Positions 12,209-27,237 of a stretch of DNA of 64,000 nt are shown here, in pieces. Every line of letters begins with the position of its first letter. The first letter of the stretch is position 1. The DNA comes from the human T2T-CHM13v2.0 reference genome, Homo sapiens. The notes under the pieces were generated by a model. That model saw nothing but the letters and a program-made list of their open reading frames with translations. It was not told where the DNA came from and searched no databases. Location: NCBI RefSeq assembly GCF_009914755.1, contig NC_060944.1. One strand, written 5' to 3'. The position numbers and the translations under genes were made by a program.

Positions 12209-14151
12209 CTGCCAGAATTTCTCCGTAAGTTTGTTCTATACAACCTCAAGCAAGGAAAATGTGTTTGAAGATTTCCAAAGTGGCCCCTCTAATGATTTAT
12301 GATCTTTTATATAGATGGGCACAACCGCCCAAGGCCTGGGCAGCATGAGCCTGAACTGGCTTCTTGACTGTGGGCTGAACTCCTGGTGACTCGCCTTAAT
12401 GAACAGGCTGCCAAACTTCCTCAGCGAGAGGCGCCTGCTCAGGCCCAATTCTAGAGGGACCCACTAATGCCATTCACGTCTCATTATGAACACACTTATT
12501 CTGCACAGCACTTGGCTGTCGCCACGGCTCGGCCCTCCGTGCATGGCCCCAGCAAGCCGCTGGTCCGGGGAACAGCAGGACGTTAGGCCTGAGTGGCCGT
12601 CTGGCGAACAGGCACTCTGACACTAAGCTGGCACGTGCTGGCCCAGCAGGGGCTGAGCGAGGCGTGACAAATTACTCAAAGAGCTGAGCTAAACTTATGG
12701 CTGACAACCACCTGAGCCTTTGGACCGCCGTGGCCCGCTGTCAACGCTCAATTCATGGCTCCCCCTTTCAGTCCATCGTCTGCTTGTGGGCCTGGGTTAG
12801 AGCAAGCACGTCCCTCTAAAGACCTGTCATGCTCTGCCTAGCATCGTCCTGCTGTTTCCTCAAAGGCCCCACTGCGTCCAACACATCCACATACAGTGCT
12901 TGGGACAATGGTGAACAAAAAGGAAATGCGTGCGCATTTTGCTAACTACTCTGCGGAAGCCACGTATCTGGAAAGTGGCTGGCTATGTTAATCAAGCTCA
13001 TGATCAAACCTACAAAGGGACGTTTTGCATAATACCAGATGAACTGACCCCAGACGGCAGCCCACCGTCCCAATCCTGGATGGCACTATCATAAGCTTGT
13101 TCTTGTCATAAGCTTGTCCTTGTCAAGGCTGAGAGATCTGGGCACCTTAGAGGAAGTCCAGCACTATATTTAGAGGAGTAATAATGAAGTTGTGAGATTC
13201 TCTGATTCAATGAATATTTATGGTCTGACTCCTAAATTAAGGCAGTAGGAGACAGAAAACATAAAGGTGCTTCCAGAACTGGATCCTGGAGGAGCAAGTG
13301 TTTCCTTCATAGAAGGTTCCTGACCCTGCCATGCATGCCCCCGACTGTCACACACAGCCCACACTCTCCCGCCCACTAACTGGAGTGTTAACAGTGCTAA
13401 ACTGGGTGCTGTCATTTAGACAAACATCCATTAGGGATTGGGGTGAGACCAGGAGATCATCAAATACATTTTCGCTCATGGCCCAAGCCAGGGCATGTAA
13501 ACACCCTGACAAAGAGAAAACAAATATCCCCTTAGCTCTGGCAGCGTTTAGAAACAGCCAAGGAGCTTGTGGGTGCCAAAAATCATTTCTTTTAGTAGCC
13601 ATAAAAAACACAGCGCTGGGATCTTAACTGAATTAATTGCAAGGGCAATTTGGAGCAGTATCATCTGACATTTTCTTATCTAATATCCTTAGGGCTTCAA
13701 TGCTGGTTGCTTTCTATAACAAAGGGCATTTATAATCTAGACATCAAAATGCTTGTAAGCTTTTCACATGTAAGACATGTTAAAATGTTAAGTGAATGCT
13801 GAAATAATGCTGATCCCTGGACGGTCAAAGACCTTTCACTGAAAGAGGCACCAGGTCACCAATCCGATCCCTGTTTCAATACTAGCCATGGCCCTTTTGT
13901 TCCCTTAAAAAGTTTACTAACAAATGTGTAACTTTTAATTCTGTTCTGAATTATTATCTCATGAAAAGCCACACACAACAAAGTACTTTTTTAAAGAGCA
14001 GTTTTCCCCTGGATTACTCAATTCAGGGAACATTCAAATTACTGACCAGAAACCCATCTTGGCTTCTGGACATTTCTCAGTTTCTTTAGCCACTCATTCT
14101 GTTCACATTTTCACATATGAATTTTTATCAAGAATTTTGATTAAGAGACAG

Positions 14152-14268
14152 GCCTGTAGTCCCAGTGACTCAGGAGGCTGAGGTGGGAGGATCACTTGAG
14201 CCCAAGAGTTTGAGTCCAGCCTGGGCAACATAGCAAGATTCTGTCTCTAGAATAAAAAATAAAAAAAT
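14152..14268 (+). mobile_element. Free left Alu monomer (FLAM_A-like)
   Basis: gcctgtagtcccag...ggatcacttgagccc...cagcctgggcaacatagcaaga...tctct plus A-rich tail; monomeric. Confidence 0.8.
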
Positions 14269-14499
14269 GGATAATATTCCTCTACTTTACTAAAGAGGTT
14301 ATACGCCTTTACTGGTTACATTTTATCAAAAATTTCCAAGAGAACTTCTCGAGACTCTCAAGACACACCCTGCTGAATCTGCAGAGCTGTAAGAATCTGA
14401 GAATCTGAACCTGTCCCCCAACTTTACTCTCATTATTGTTTGTTTTAGGTTTTAGAAATGACAGTAGCAGCATGACAGTCAGGAAGGAGCTTGTATTTT

Positions 14500-14720
14500 G
14501 GTGGAAGGAAGGCAGGGTTTGAATCTCAGCTGCCCTTTTCCCTGCTAGGTGTTGATGTCCCCATTTTACATGTGAGACAGCTGAGGCAAGTGGTTCCGAC
14601 TCCAGCCTCAGTTGTCCTACTAAATGTAAAATGGGGACAACAACGCCTGTTCTCAGGACGGCTGGGAAGATTAAATAGAATCCTATATATGAAGCATCTA
14701 CCTGGGTTCCAGCACAAAAA
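14500..14720 (+). mobile_element. MIR
   Basis: gggtttgaatctcagct, ggcaagtg, gcctcagtt...tgtaaaatgggga core. Confidence 0.65.
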
Positions 14721-14879
14721 GAAAAGCATGATAAATCTGGATTGACTCCTCCCTGCCTCTACCATGTGGGCCTAGGGTTTTGTTGCAGAAAGAATGTAGT
14801 AGGTAAGCTGGAGGAGAGTTCTGTGTCAGGCTCCATGGCAAGCAAACCCCCTTTAGGCTACACCCTCATGAGCAGGGAA

Positions 14880-15000
14880 GTCCTGTGGTCTCCATTTTAC
14901 TGATCAGGTAATGAGAGCTCAGAGAGTTCAAGAAATTTTCTTGAATCACAGTCACACAGTAATGGAATTAAGGCTACAGCCCAGGTCCTCTAACCTTTAC
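14880..15000 (-). mobile_element. MIR
   Basis: ccattttactgat...gagagctcagagag...cacacagt reverse core. Confidence 0.55.
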
Positions 15001-15772
15001 TGCTTTCATCTAATATCTTGAATTCTAGAATAAATGGTGTTAAGTTCAAGATCATGTGTGAGGATGGGAACTAAACTCCAAATGAGACAAATCAACTGAC
15101 TTAAATATACGTGAGCTATAATAACCAACCCGCAACGTAAACCTGAGTGCGTATGTGTAAGCTGCATCTATACCCAGATCATGCTGACTTTATAAAATAC
15201 AACAAAACAACAATTATTCCATTTTAATTTCTTTTTACTCATTCGGGCTATGTGTTTGTTGACTGTTGTTTAGCACTATCAAGCTTCTTTTATCAAAGAA
15301 ATAAAGAGAACTGTCTGTAAGAGGCTATGTTGCAGACTGTATTTTTTCAACCCTTGAAACCCTTCTTGCCTGAACCTTCTCTAAATTTCCCAAGAGTGGA
15401 CATGACGCTCAGACTGGCAAAGTGGCCCCGGACACAGGCAGCCTCCTGACATCAGTGTGTGTGTGCTGTAACAGTTTGCGTACCCACCTCAGTTTTCTTT
15501 CTGAACTCATGCAGCCTCTAATCACTGGCACAAGCAAGCCCAGAGCTAGCCATTCTCATGACTCTAACTCCCATGGCAGTGATCTGCAGAGGAGGGAATG
15601 TCATGTTTCAGAACCACCTGGGACGCTTCAGCCATCCACGCATCCCTCTCAAAAGTTCTGGCGCCCCCGAGTTCTGCTGCCACTGTTCCATCCCTTGAGT
15701 ACATTAGGGTGTGTAAAAGGTTGAAAACCTCTGGCTAAATAGCTACCACGTATGACCATCTTAAGCCTCCTT

Positions 15773-16190
15773 ATGTTAGTTTTCTGTGGCTGCTGGAAAT
15801 GACCACCAACTGGGTGGCTTAAAACAACAGAAATTTATTCTCTCACTAGTTTTGGGAGGCCACAGGTCCAAAATCAAGACGACAGCAGAGGCTGCAGGAG
15901 AGATTTTGTTCATGCTTCTTCCAGTTCCAGGTGGCTGTCTGCATTCACGGGGCTGCATGACTCTCCTCTTTGCTTCCATGGCTACATGGCCTCTTCCTAT
16001 TCTATGTGTCTCTCATAAAGGACACTCCTCACTGGATTTACTGCTCTCCTGGATAACCCAGAATGATCTCCTCATTTCAAGATCCTTAACTTATATCAGC
16101 ACACAGCCTTGAGTCAAATAGTTAACATTCACAGGTTCCAGGAACTGGGACACAGACATATGGTTTTTTGGGACCATGGTTTACTTCAAT
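15773..16190 (-). mobile_element. MaLR solo LTR (MLT1C-like)
   Basis: actgggtggcttaaaacaacagaaatttattctctcac, aaggacac...ggattt, aagatccttaactt, cattcacaggttccagg. Confidence 0.8.
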
Positions 16191-16419
16191 AAACTCCTTG
16201 AGGACACCATATGAGTCAGGTTCATCAAATTTATGTCAAGAGAAATTTATTCTCTTACGTCACTCATACAATCTAGCTTAAAAGCACCCCACATAATATT
16301 TACTGAATGAATAAATGAAGGCCTGAAATTCGTGTCCATTGCTTTAAGCTATGAGACAGCTAGATATATTCTAGGCAATAGCAACTTGTAAGGAGAGGTT
16401 AGAGAGTTCAATTTGAAGT

Positions 16420-17815
16420 AAAATTATACACAGATTTAGAAAACTGCGTGATAAAAACTTTTAGAGGAATGTATGGGGGCAAACTCTTTATGACCTTGGG
16501 GTATGGAAAATCTCTTAAGAAACCAAAACATGAACCACAGGGAGAAGAGACTGGTACATCTGACCACATTCAAAGTAAGAGCTCCTGTTTACCACAATAC
16601 TGTAAAGAAGGTAGAACTACTAGGCACAACGTGGGAGGAAGCATCTGCGACTCAGAGCTGGCAAGGGGTAGGTGCCAGAATATAAGAAGAACGCCGAGCA
16701 AATCCATAAGAGAAAGTCAAATAACCTACTAGAAAGATGGGCAACCAAGAGATAAACCATGACTGGCAATTAAGTTGCTCAGTACCATTAATGATCAGGG
16801 ATTATGAGAATTACAACAAAATACCATCTTATATATCCCAGAGTGGCCAAACACAGAATATGTAATAATGCCAAATGTCAGACAGGACATGGGTCACAGG
16901 AGCCCCAAGAACCTGCTGCTGGGAGGAACTGGCCTGGCTTCTTGGGAGAGCAATCTGACCTTATCCAGGGAAGAACAGACGTGCGTGCTTGCAGGCTGGC
17001 AATTCCGCTCCTCAGTATATGAGCTCTGGTACATATGTGCTTGGTTCAGAATGATTATAACATGTTACAGGCAACAGCAAAAAAGGAAAAGGAAACTATT
17101 TTTAACATTCATGGATAAATGCAGTCACACAATGGGATATTATATAGCAGTGAAAATAAATGAACTATAGGCATGTGTATTAATAAGGATAAAACTGAAA
17201 ACCATGCTCAACCAAAAAAGCCAGTCACCGAAGGACACATTGAGTGCAATTCTATTGCTATACATTATTTATTTATTTATTTATAGACAGGGTCTCACTG
17301 TGTCACCTAGTATGGAGTGCAGTGGAGCCATCATAGCTTACTGCCACCTTGAAGTCCTGGACTCAAGCAATCCTCCCACCTCAGCCTCCCAAGTAGCTGG
17401 GACTACAGACATGCGTCACCATGCCTGGCTAATTTTTAAAATATTTTCTAGCAATGAGGTCTCGCTATGTTGCCTAGGCTGGTCTTGAACTCCTGGCCTC
17501 AAGTGATCCTTCCACCTCAGCCTCCCAGAGTGCTGGGATTACAGGCCTAAGCCACCTTACCTGGCCTATATATATTTTAAAAACAGGTTAAGTGAAACAT
17601 ATTGCTTAGGGCTACACACATATGTAGGAAATGATAAAGAGCAAGGAAATAATAACCTGGGATTACCTCTGGGGTGTGGAGGGGTTGTACCTGGGAGGTT
17701 CTGAAATATATTGGCTGGTGCAAGTGGGTGTCAGTACCGGGACGTGTTTTAGTGTTCCTTAGAACGTATGTAAATGACATGTCTTCTAGTCTATATAAAT
17801 ATTTCATAATAAAAA
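16420..17815 (+). mobile_element. Ancient L1 (L1M/ME-type) ORF2 end and 3' UTR, interrupted by an Alu
   Basis: Degraded L1 motifs (gaaagatgggcaa, caaaataccatc, aatgggatattatatagcagtgaaaataaatgaacta); resumes after the Alu at ~17567. Confidence 0.65.
17266..17566 (-). mobile_element. AluJ
   Basis: Reverse Alu: (ttta)n tail, agacagggtctcact ... gtgctgggattacagg ... cctggcc. Confidence 0.92.
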
Positions 17816-18349
17816 TGGGCAATTTGGCCAGAATGAAACAGCACTAATCAAATGAATCTTTTCTCACCCATCAGAAGGACAGAATGAGCTTCAAGTCGAA
17901 GGTTGATATAAAAGGTCTATGTTTGGGTGTTAGAGTTGACGATGATCACAAAGAAGTCCATTTGACTCAGACACAGAGAAAGCAGAAAAGAGACAGTACT
18001 ATTTTTAGGGATTTCATTTCAGAAATAGACCAGAATGTCAGAGCTCAAAATTTTCAGAAAGTTGTGGGGAACTCTGACAGAAGGGATTCAAAAAGCTCAA
18101 ATCAAACATGGATACGAATGCCACCTGTAGGGGAGGGGGATAATGCTCCAAAAAATAAAAATGTATTTCTACAAAATTACTGTTGTTAGAATTACTATGC
18201 ATTAAGAATGACAAAACCAGCTGAATCTGAGAATGGTCAGAATACTACATATATTCATAGGCTTAAGCATAGATTTCTATACATTATCCTAGTCTGCTCA
18301 GAGAACTGGATCTCAAGTGGCTGTGCTATTTTCAAAAAGCAAATCCACC

Positions 18350-18830
18350 TTCATTCAAGCGCTCATCCATTCAAGAGATATGTATTGAGTGCCCCCCTGT
18401 GCTAGGTAATGGGCATGTAATCAAGGAACAAGATAGATGTCGCTCCTGCCACCAGCAATCCTGCATTCTAGCAGGGAGGCAGACCGAACACTAGTTAAAG
18501 GACAAGTCCAGGGAATAAGGCAAACTGTCATTATGTCAGTACCAGGAAGGAAAGAGGGAGATAAGCTCAAAGAAGTCTCTGATGGGAGGGAAGCAGCTAA
18601 CCAAGCAGGGATGAAGTGGGGTAAGGAGTGTAAGAGCAGTTCGGGCACAGAGAATGCCATGAGCGGGAAGGAAGTTGGGATACTTCAGGAGGAGAAAGGA
18701 GACTGGAGTCATGGGGTAGTAAGAGGGTGGCAGGAGGTGCAGCTGAAAGACAAGCTGGGCCTGGGCACAGGAGGCCCGAATGGCTTGAGGCAAGGAAGCA
18801 ACATGATGTCACTTAAGTTGCTATATTGCC
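18350..18830 (-). mobile_element. L2 fragment
   Basis: catccattcaa...tattgagtgcc...tgtgctagg...ctgcattctag followed by a purine-rich body. Confidence 0.6.
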
Positions 18831-19529
18831 CTTAGAGGAACTGCACCACTAAGGAGGGTCCTGAGTGTCCTCTAGTTTGGAAGAGGTCAAGGCTGACTGG
18901 CATCTATACGTTCAATCAATGGGCTTGTCCAAATATTTCAATACCTTACTTATTCTTTGCATTTTTCAGAAGTGGATGACATACAACTTTTGGGCATGTG
19001 GAAGAGGTAAGAATGCTACTTGCAGGCTTGAAATGACCAGAACTTCTGAGAATGACCTTAAGCATAACCAGGAAGGACTATGGCATGGCAGAGAGAGGGC
19101 CATGCTGGGTGACACACACACCCTGGCGTGGAGGGAAGAGGAAATGGAGCAGAAGCAGGCTCTCCGGTGAGGCAGAGAATGAGGCACTACACACAAGGAG
19201 GCAGGCACGACCCTCCCACAGGACAGATACTGGGCTCACAGATACTTATAAAAATGAGATGAGTTAACAGCAGCTGTGGATTGAGGAATAGTACCCTGTT
19301 TCGAATGTGTGAAATACACCCACGGATGCGTTTTAAACCTAGTAAAAAAAAGACCCTACTGTGGCAGAGTCTGAGCTCAGAGAAGGAATGGCTAAGAATA
19401 TTTTACAAAACTAGGAAATTAATTAGCTGATTTCTTCTGCTGCTCCCCACTACTGGCCGCTTTTGGTATAGAGGATGCACAAGAAAATAACACGTTTTCA
19501 TTTTTGAGCAATGTTTTGAGTAGTGATGA

Positions 19530-20835
<1,306 letters not shown>

Positions 20836-20843
20836 TGCCCCCA

Positions 20844-21107
20844 GGCTGGGTGCAATGGCTCACCCCTGTAATCCCCAGCACTTTGGAGACTAAGGTGGGA
20901 AAATCGCTTGGGGCCAGGAGTTTGAGACTAGCCTGGGCAACATAGTGAGACCCTGTCTCTAATGGCACGTGCCTGTGGTTCCAGCTGGTCAGGAGGCTGA
21001 GGTGAGAGGATCGCTTGAGCCTGGGAAGTTGAGGCTGCAGTGAGTTCTGATCATGGCATTGCACTCCAGTCTGGGCGACAGAATGAGACCCTGTCTCAAA
21101 AAAAAAA
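20844..21107 (+). mobile_element. AluJ lacking the central A-rich linker
   Basis: Left arm ends gtctctaa and runs directly into tggcacgtgcctgtgg; TSD aaatgccccc on both sides. Confidence 0.88.
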
Positions 21108-21289
21108 TGCCCCCCAAAATGCCTAGTGGTACGCAGTGCACACTATGTACTGTGAGGAAGGCCTGCTAATAAAAAGATCTTCACTGAACACATGAGAGAA
21201 CAAATGGCAGGATGGCCTGGCACAGCAAAAGCCCTCCAGGCAGATAGTGGCTGAATCATTTAAGCATGGAAGACACAGGAAGAGCAGAA

Positions 21290-21900
21290 GACCATGTGCC
21301 GCGACTGTTCTAGCAGCTGGAGGATGAAAAAGACATAGTCTTGTCCTTCACAGCATTCACAGCTTATATGGAAAGACAAGTGGACAACGAGCTCTAGGAA
21401 GCTGGTGGGTGGAGCGATTCATGGGAATGAGGAGTGGGTCTTCGTCAGACTGCAATGGGCTGGTTACAGAAGGGAAGAAGCAACACCAGCCTGTGGCAAC
21501 TTGGAATCTCCGAAGGTTTTAAAACAGATGAACAGCAGGACCTGATCTATGCCTGAGAGATAATGGGGCAGGGAGACAATGCAGGGGAGGAAGCGGCACA
21601 ATGCAGGGCAGACCCAGCTGGACTTGGGGTGCTCACCAATGGTAAGAGATGGAGATGGATTCTGGACATAACCCTGGGATCAAGGTGTAAGTGACCAGGA
21701 GGGTGGGACAAAAAGGGACCTGAGGAGGAGGGCAGGGTTGAGTGGAGGAGTCTGAAGAGCCCAAGGGATTCCTGGGGGACAACTTCAGGGAAGTGCTGAC
21801 TGGGACTCAGCAGAGAGGCCTGGCCAGAGCTGAAGAGCTGAGTCATGGGTTTGGAGATGAGCTTGAAGGAGAAAAGGGGAGAATGCAATGTTAGGGAACC
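21290..21900 (-). mobile_element. L2 fragment
   Basis: catgtgcc...ctgttctag...aagacatagtcttgtccttca followed by a purine-rich L2 body. Confidence 0.5.
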
Positions 21901-23217
21901 ACCCCCACCCCCACCAGAGGGTGGGCAGAAGTGAAAGAACAGTCAAGGGATATGGAGGGAGCGGGAGACAGCCATTTCCCAGATCCTAGGGAGAAGCATC
22001 TGGAAGGAGGAGCAGCAGGGTTCCTGCAGAGCCTCAGCTCCCATGCACTTCCCTGGTACCTGCCTCAAAGGCACATGCTCCACAGGTGGGCTCAGGTCGC
22101 ATTTAATAACTAAACAAATGGATAAAATTCCATAATGAGCAAGACAGGAACAGATGCCAGTTACATCCTAAAGCCATACATCATTTTCACAAGATTTTAT
22201 CTCTCTTTCAATATAATGTAAATTTAAATTCTAGGACTGTTTAAGGCCACAAATAAATGAATCATTGAAAGTAAATGTCACAGCCTGGTAACAGGTAAAG
22301 AGGATGACTTTACTCAACAATGTAACCAAATAAAATGGATGTTTTGGAAAAGGAAATTAAACACATGGAGGTATAAGATATTAGATTAAGTTTCAAACCC
22401 TAATGATACACTCCTGGAGAGAAACAGTCCACTACTGCTCAAAAAGAAGAAAATACCATATAACCAAGTTTAAGAATAATTCTGAGGAAATGATAAGAGC
22501 AAATGGAAATGAGAAAAAGATTTTCTTCAGGCTATTAAATTACAGACTTTTGGAGATGGTCTGTTCTCATATTCCTATGTCCTTCCGGCATAGGGAGCTG
22601 AAGGTCTCCCTCCTAGAATCCGAGGCGCTCCACACATGCAACGGATTTGGACTATGCTGTTATTAGAAATGTTCAAATCAGTTCTTCCCAGGGGATTGAT
22701 TTGTGAAGGAGCACATCCTTAATTATAGCATTTTCCATTTCCATCTTCTCCAATTCTCCCAGTGCACCTCACCTTCTGCAAATCACCAAGTGAGAAAATG
22801 CCCCGTGACACCGTCGCTCAAAGTCTCACATCAGTAAAAATGTAAGTGACAAGAAAATTCGTCATTCAGCCTATTTCAAGTCTAGAGAAAGTGCTGTCAA
22901 ATTGAGTGAGAAAAGATTCAACAGGCTACTTCAATGATGAAAACGACAGAAAAAGTGACGAATCAATATGAACAATAGAAGCCCTGAGTTCTGCCATGCT
23001 GACGCCAATAACTTGATTTCTGGGAGGAAGGGAGTCAATGTCACTTGAACCGTGTTTCTCTTTCACAGATTTTCACTCGTCCTAAAGACATCATATGTTA
23101 GAAGCTAAAAAATGTACTCCCAACCTTAATATAGAAAGGACCACTGCTGACATTTTTGGGGCATTTAATATCCATGAAGTGACAACAAAACGGAAAATAA
23201 TTAGAAATGCAGAACTG

Positions 23218-23343
23218 ACCTAATGTTAAATGATGAGTTAATGGGTGCAGCACACCAACATGGCACATATATACATATGTAACTAATCTGCACGTTGTGC
23301 ACATGTACCCTAAAACTTAAAGTATAATTAAAAAAAAAAAAGA
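23218..23343 (+). mobile_element. 5'-truncated primate L1PA 3' end with perfect 15-bp TSD
   Basis: gagttaatgggtgcagcacaccaacatggcaca...gtaccctaaaacttaaagtataat plus poly(A); AGAAATGCAGAACTG at 23203-23217 and 23344-23358; TT|AGAAA endonuclease-type site. Confidence 0.93.
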
Positions 23344-25429
23344 AGAAATGCAGAACTGCCTCTAAATGTCTTAAATCCTGTTTGTGGCAAAGTATAAAAA
23401 GAGTAGACAATTAAAGAGCAACACACATGAATTGTAAACTCTGTTTCTATCATCACTGACTCTAAGAGAAAAAAATATTATTAAATAAAATACGTTACAG
23501 GTACTATTTAGTGCAACATAATTTGAATTGAATTATCCAATGTTTACTCTTCGACCATTCTATTTTGAAGGCAAAAGCGACTTTCATTTGGCCTACAGAA
23601 TAGTTCATATCTAGGTTGATTCTAGAAATTAAATAGGATCATGATATATGATATACGATAGATAACAAGTAAATGAAACTGACAAGTATAAGAAAACATC
23701 TATAGCAGATACTCTGGTTATCCATTCCTTTGAGACATTCTTAATTGTTACCTATAAACAATCTCTTAGGCCCACGTGAAATCAGACTAGGCTCAGGCAC
23801 GACACAACTGAATTTTGTGGTCCAAAGTATTTGCACCAAGTTGTGTACAGATTTTCTTCGTTTTTCATTTCTGAAAGCAATTTTGGGGAAATAATTCCTT
23901 TTCATGGTATTTACAAAAGTTTAGCTTTATTTGTTTTTTCTTCTGTGCGTTTTAAAATAATAAATATCACTACCTCTGGAAGCAGAAAATAGTATTTCTA
24001 TGCTTCTATGAAATAATTTTAATAGCTTAAAGGCATCTCAGTTTTCCAGGAAGATATTCATCTGATACCAAGTTATCAGATGTCAAGAAGAAACTCCAAG
24101 AAAAGTTAGGGGTTTACCAAATGAAAGTGACTTACAAAATGAGGAAAGAAGCTGATGTGAAGGTTGCCAAGCGGCCTTCCTGGCCGATTCAGACTGCTTG
24201 AGTGGTACGCTGGGTTGCAAAGCACACCTGAGTGATAAATATTACTGCTGACCCACACTTGAAACTCAATACACCCCACAGACCTATCAGAGCAAAAAAA
24301 ATAATGCCACAATTATTGAAACCTCACTGGAAATTTGGGGGAATTCTAATAACACAAAGCTCCCTCATGATCAGAAGTAGCAAAAGTATGTTGGCCAGTT
24401 AATATTAAAAGCAACTGATTTCTGGCTATTAATAACAGCATGTGATGCAACTGGCTCACTTAGGAAGAAGCTACACTAAGTGGACACAAGGGTTGAGCCA
24501 TCACAACAAACGGCCCTGGAGCATGTCTTTATCTGCAGCACTCTGAAGAGCTGCTCCATCTGTAGGCATGGCTGGGCCCCTCAACAGACACTGGTCCTGT
24601 GCAAACCAGAATGACCAGATGAGCGTGGAGAATATGGGTCTCATTAATGTTATGGAAAGTAGTTTTGAGCAGCCACAGGGCAAAAGCAACTCTTTTACTC
24701 CTTTTACATCTGTTCTAACATTTGGTTCACTGTTAGGTTAAAAAAAATAAAGATGATCAGGAAGTATATATAAGTGACTTACATAGTGTGGTTTGAAATT
24801 TTTATGTTTGCTGTCAAGATTGGTCATGAAAATTCCCAGGGGCTGCTGGAATGACTTACTCTGGTTTCATAACAGGCTCAATTGTACTGTTCTACACCTT
24901 CTGCTAATCTGGTTCTAGGCTGTGTAAAGAAAAAAATATACACATATAGCTCTGTTGAAAATAATGAGTCTTGATGAAGGTCTACGTGTTTGAGTGGGGT
25001 AGTGAAGCCACCTGTTTGCTAACGAGTCTCTGGCTGAAGGGCACTGGGCTGAGAACCCCACAAGGTGGTCATACAGCCCTGTGATGCTTCTGCTTAGGGG
25101 TGAGGAAGGGAAACACTGTAATGATCTTAGAGGAAGGCTTAAGAAGCAACAGGGCTCAAGTGTGAAGTTCAGGCATCGTCACTGACATAATCTCAGAGAT
25201 CATCAGCAACACACAGCATACGGGATGCCCTTTTACGAATGCACCTCAAAGGAAAAAGTCCCTGTTCTGACAGCCCTTCAGGTGTGGCGTCTGCAGCAGG
25301 TGAATCAGACTACATCCTGAGCATAAGTGAGCCCCCGGCCAGGCACCTCTGCTGATGCTGCATCAACCAAAGATTACATTTAAATAAAGATGCCAATGAA
25401 AATGATCAAGTGCTTTTAATGGGTTGAAG

Positions 25430-25590
25430 TTTTATAGGCTCTATCTCATTTAATCCTCACAACTTCCTTCTGTGGTTTGTACTATCCTAATTTTTTTGTA
25501 GAGGAGGAAATTGAAGAGCAGTGAGGAAAAGTGTTCTGTTCCACCTCTCTCAGATGCTACCAGCAGCCTGACTTGAGAGCCTGGCTCTCA
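25430..25590 (-). mobile_element. MIR
   Basis: atctcatttaatcctcacaac...gaggaaattga reverse core. Confidence 0.6.
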
Positions 25591-27237
25591 GTCACGGCCC
25601 TGCCTCTTATGATCAGAATTCTCCCAACAAGAGAAAAGACTAGTGAGGCCAAAACTAGCAGAAGACCCAGTTCCATCTACTCACTGCTGTTTTCATAGAA
25701 AGCTGAAGGAGTAAATTGTAGCCCTTCTTCCACTCTCTCCAGTTGGGACTCTATTATCCAACAACTTCAGGTGAAAGAAAACTTACTGTGTTTTCTCCTG
25801 CAAATTAAACTTCAATACTTGCATTTCAAGTATTTTTGGCTCTTACAAGCCAGTGAGAGAAATCCCTGTGGGTTAGAGCAGAGGCGGGAGTGACAGTTTC
25901 ACTAAATCCCATCTGTGTGCCATTCTGCTTGCGGGGTGGGAGCGTCTGCAGCACAGCACATCAGCCCTGCGTCCTGCACTTATTCATGCAGATGTCTCTT
26001 CCCCTGTCACTCATCCCTTCATTAGAACTCCCTCCGACCGGCTAGCCCAGGGGCTGCTGTCTTCCTGCCCCTGGTCCTGGTGCCCCGTTTCAAGTGGTGG
26101 TGTACAGCACTGGGTGCCTTGTGTGTCCTTCATGTCCTCCAGTGCTCCTGGGCACCGTTACCATGCACCTGCTGCAGTGGCCCCTCGGCTTGCAATTTGA
26201 CGTGAGGCACTGTCATACCAGTGACCGCACAGGTTGCCAGTAACAGGAAAGCAATTTTCTATTGAGCTATGACTATATCTGGCCCAGGATGGATTGTGCA
26301 AGGGAAAAAAGATTTTTTTTTTTTGTAAGGGGTGTTTTCTTTTGTAGCTGGACAACATATATCATCAAGTGCAGAGCAGATACTTGGTCCTTCCTGAATC
26401 TGACATTTGAACAACAGATTCAACATTTCTACTCCATTTCAGCAGGTACCTCTGAGTACCTAAATCTTTTCAACTTTTAAGAGTAAGGCAGAAGGAATTC
26501 AGGTTAAAAAGTCTGCTGCAGTCAGAAGAGAGATCAGAATTAGAAATTCTCTCATAATAACACATGCTTTAAAAATAAAATTTCAGAAAAAAATGATGGG
26601 TGTTTATCTTAACTTTTTATGTCTTTATATTCTGGGATAATTCTACTTTACTCTTCAATGAAAACTGTCTGCTTTTATATTTTATATGCAAAATTCCTTG
26701 TAACAGATCCCATCTATTCTGCCTAAACTCATAAAATATACAAATAACAGAAACAGCCCCCAGTGCTGTTAAAGATAAAATTCCCAACCCACACAATTCT
26801 CTGGGACTTTCCACATTTAAGCCTCATAGAGTCACTTGATATCATCTTCGTGACTAAAAATATAACTGCAGTATTACTTAAAATTATAATCAAATCATTC
26901 TCTTGCAAATTAAGACACTTACTCTTAGAAAAAAAAATAGCCAAATTGAATTCGGTACGTCTTTTCTTGATAGATCAAAAGCAGCTCCATTAAATCAGCA
27001 GTTTTATATTAATGGCATGAGACATGACCCAGATGAGGAAAATGTCCTTTGGAGCCATTTTGTATTTTATTTGAAGAGCCATGGAGATGATCCTCACAAT
27101 TCATATGTGAGGCAGAATTGTATCACTGGTCTCAAGGCCAGGAGGCTGGACATGATCCCAAATGTGGTGGCCCATCCACATCAGAGAGCCCAGGTTCATC
27201 TTCTCTCAATCCCTCATTTCTTCCCATTATTGTGCCT

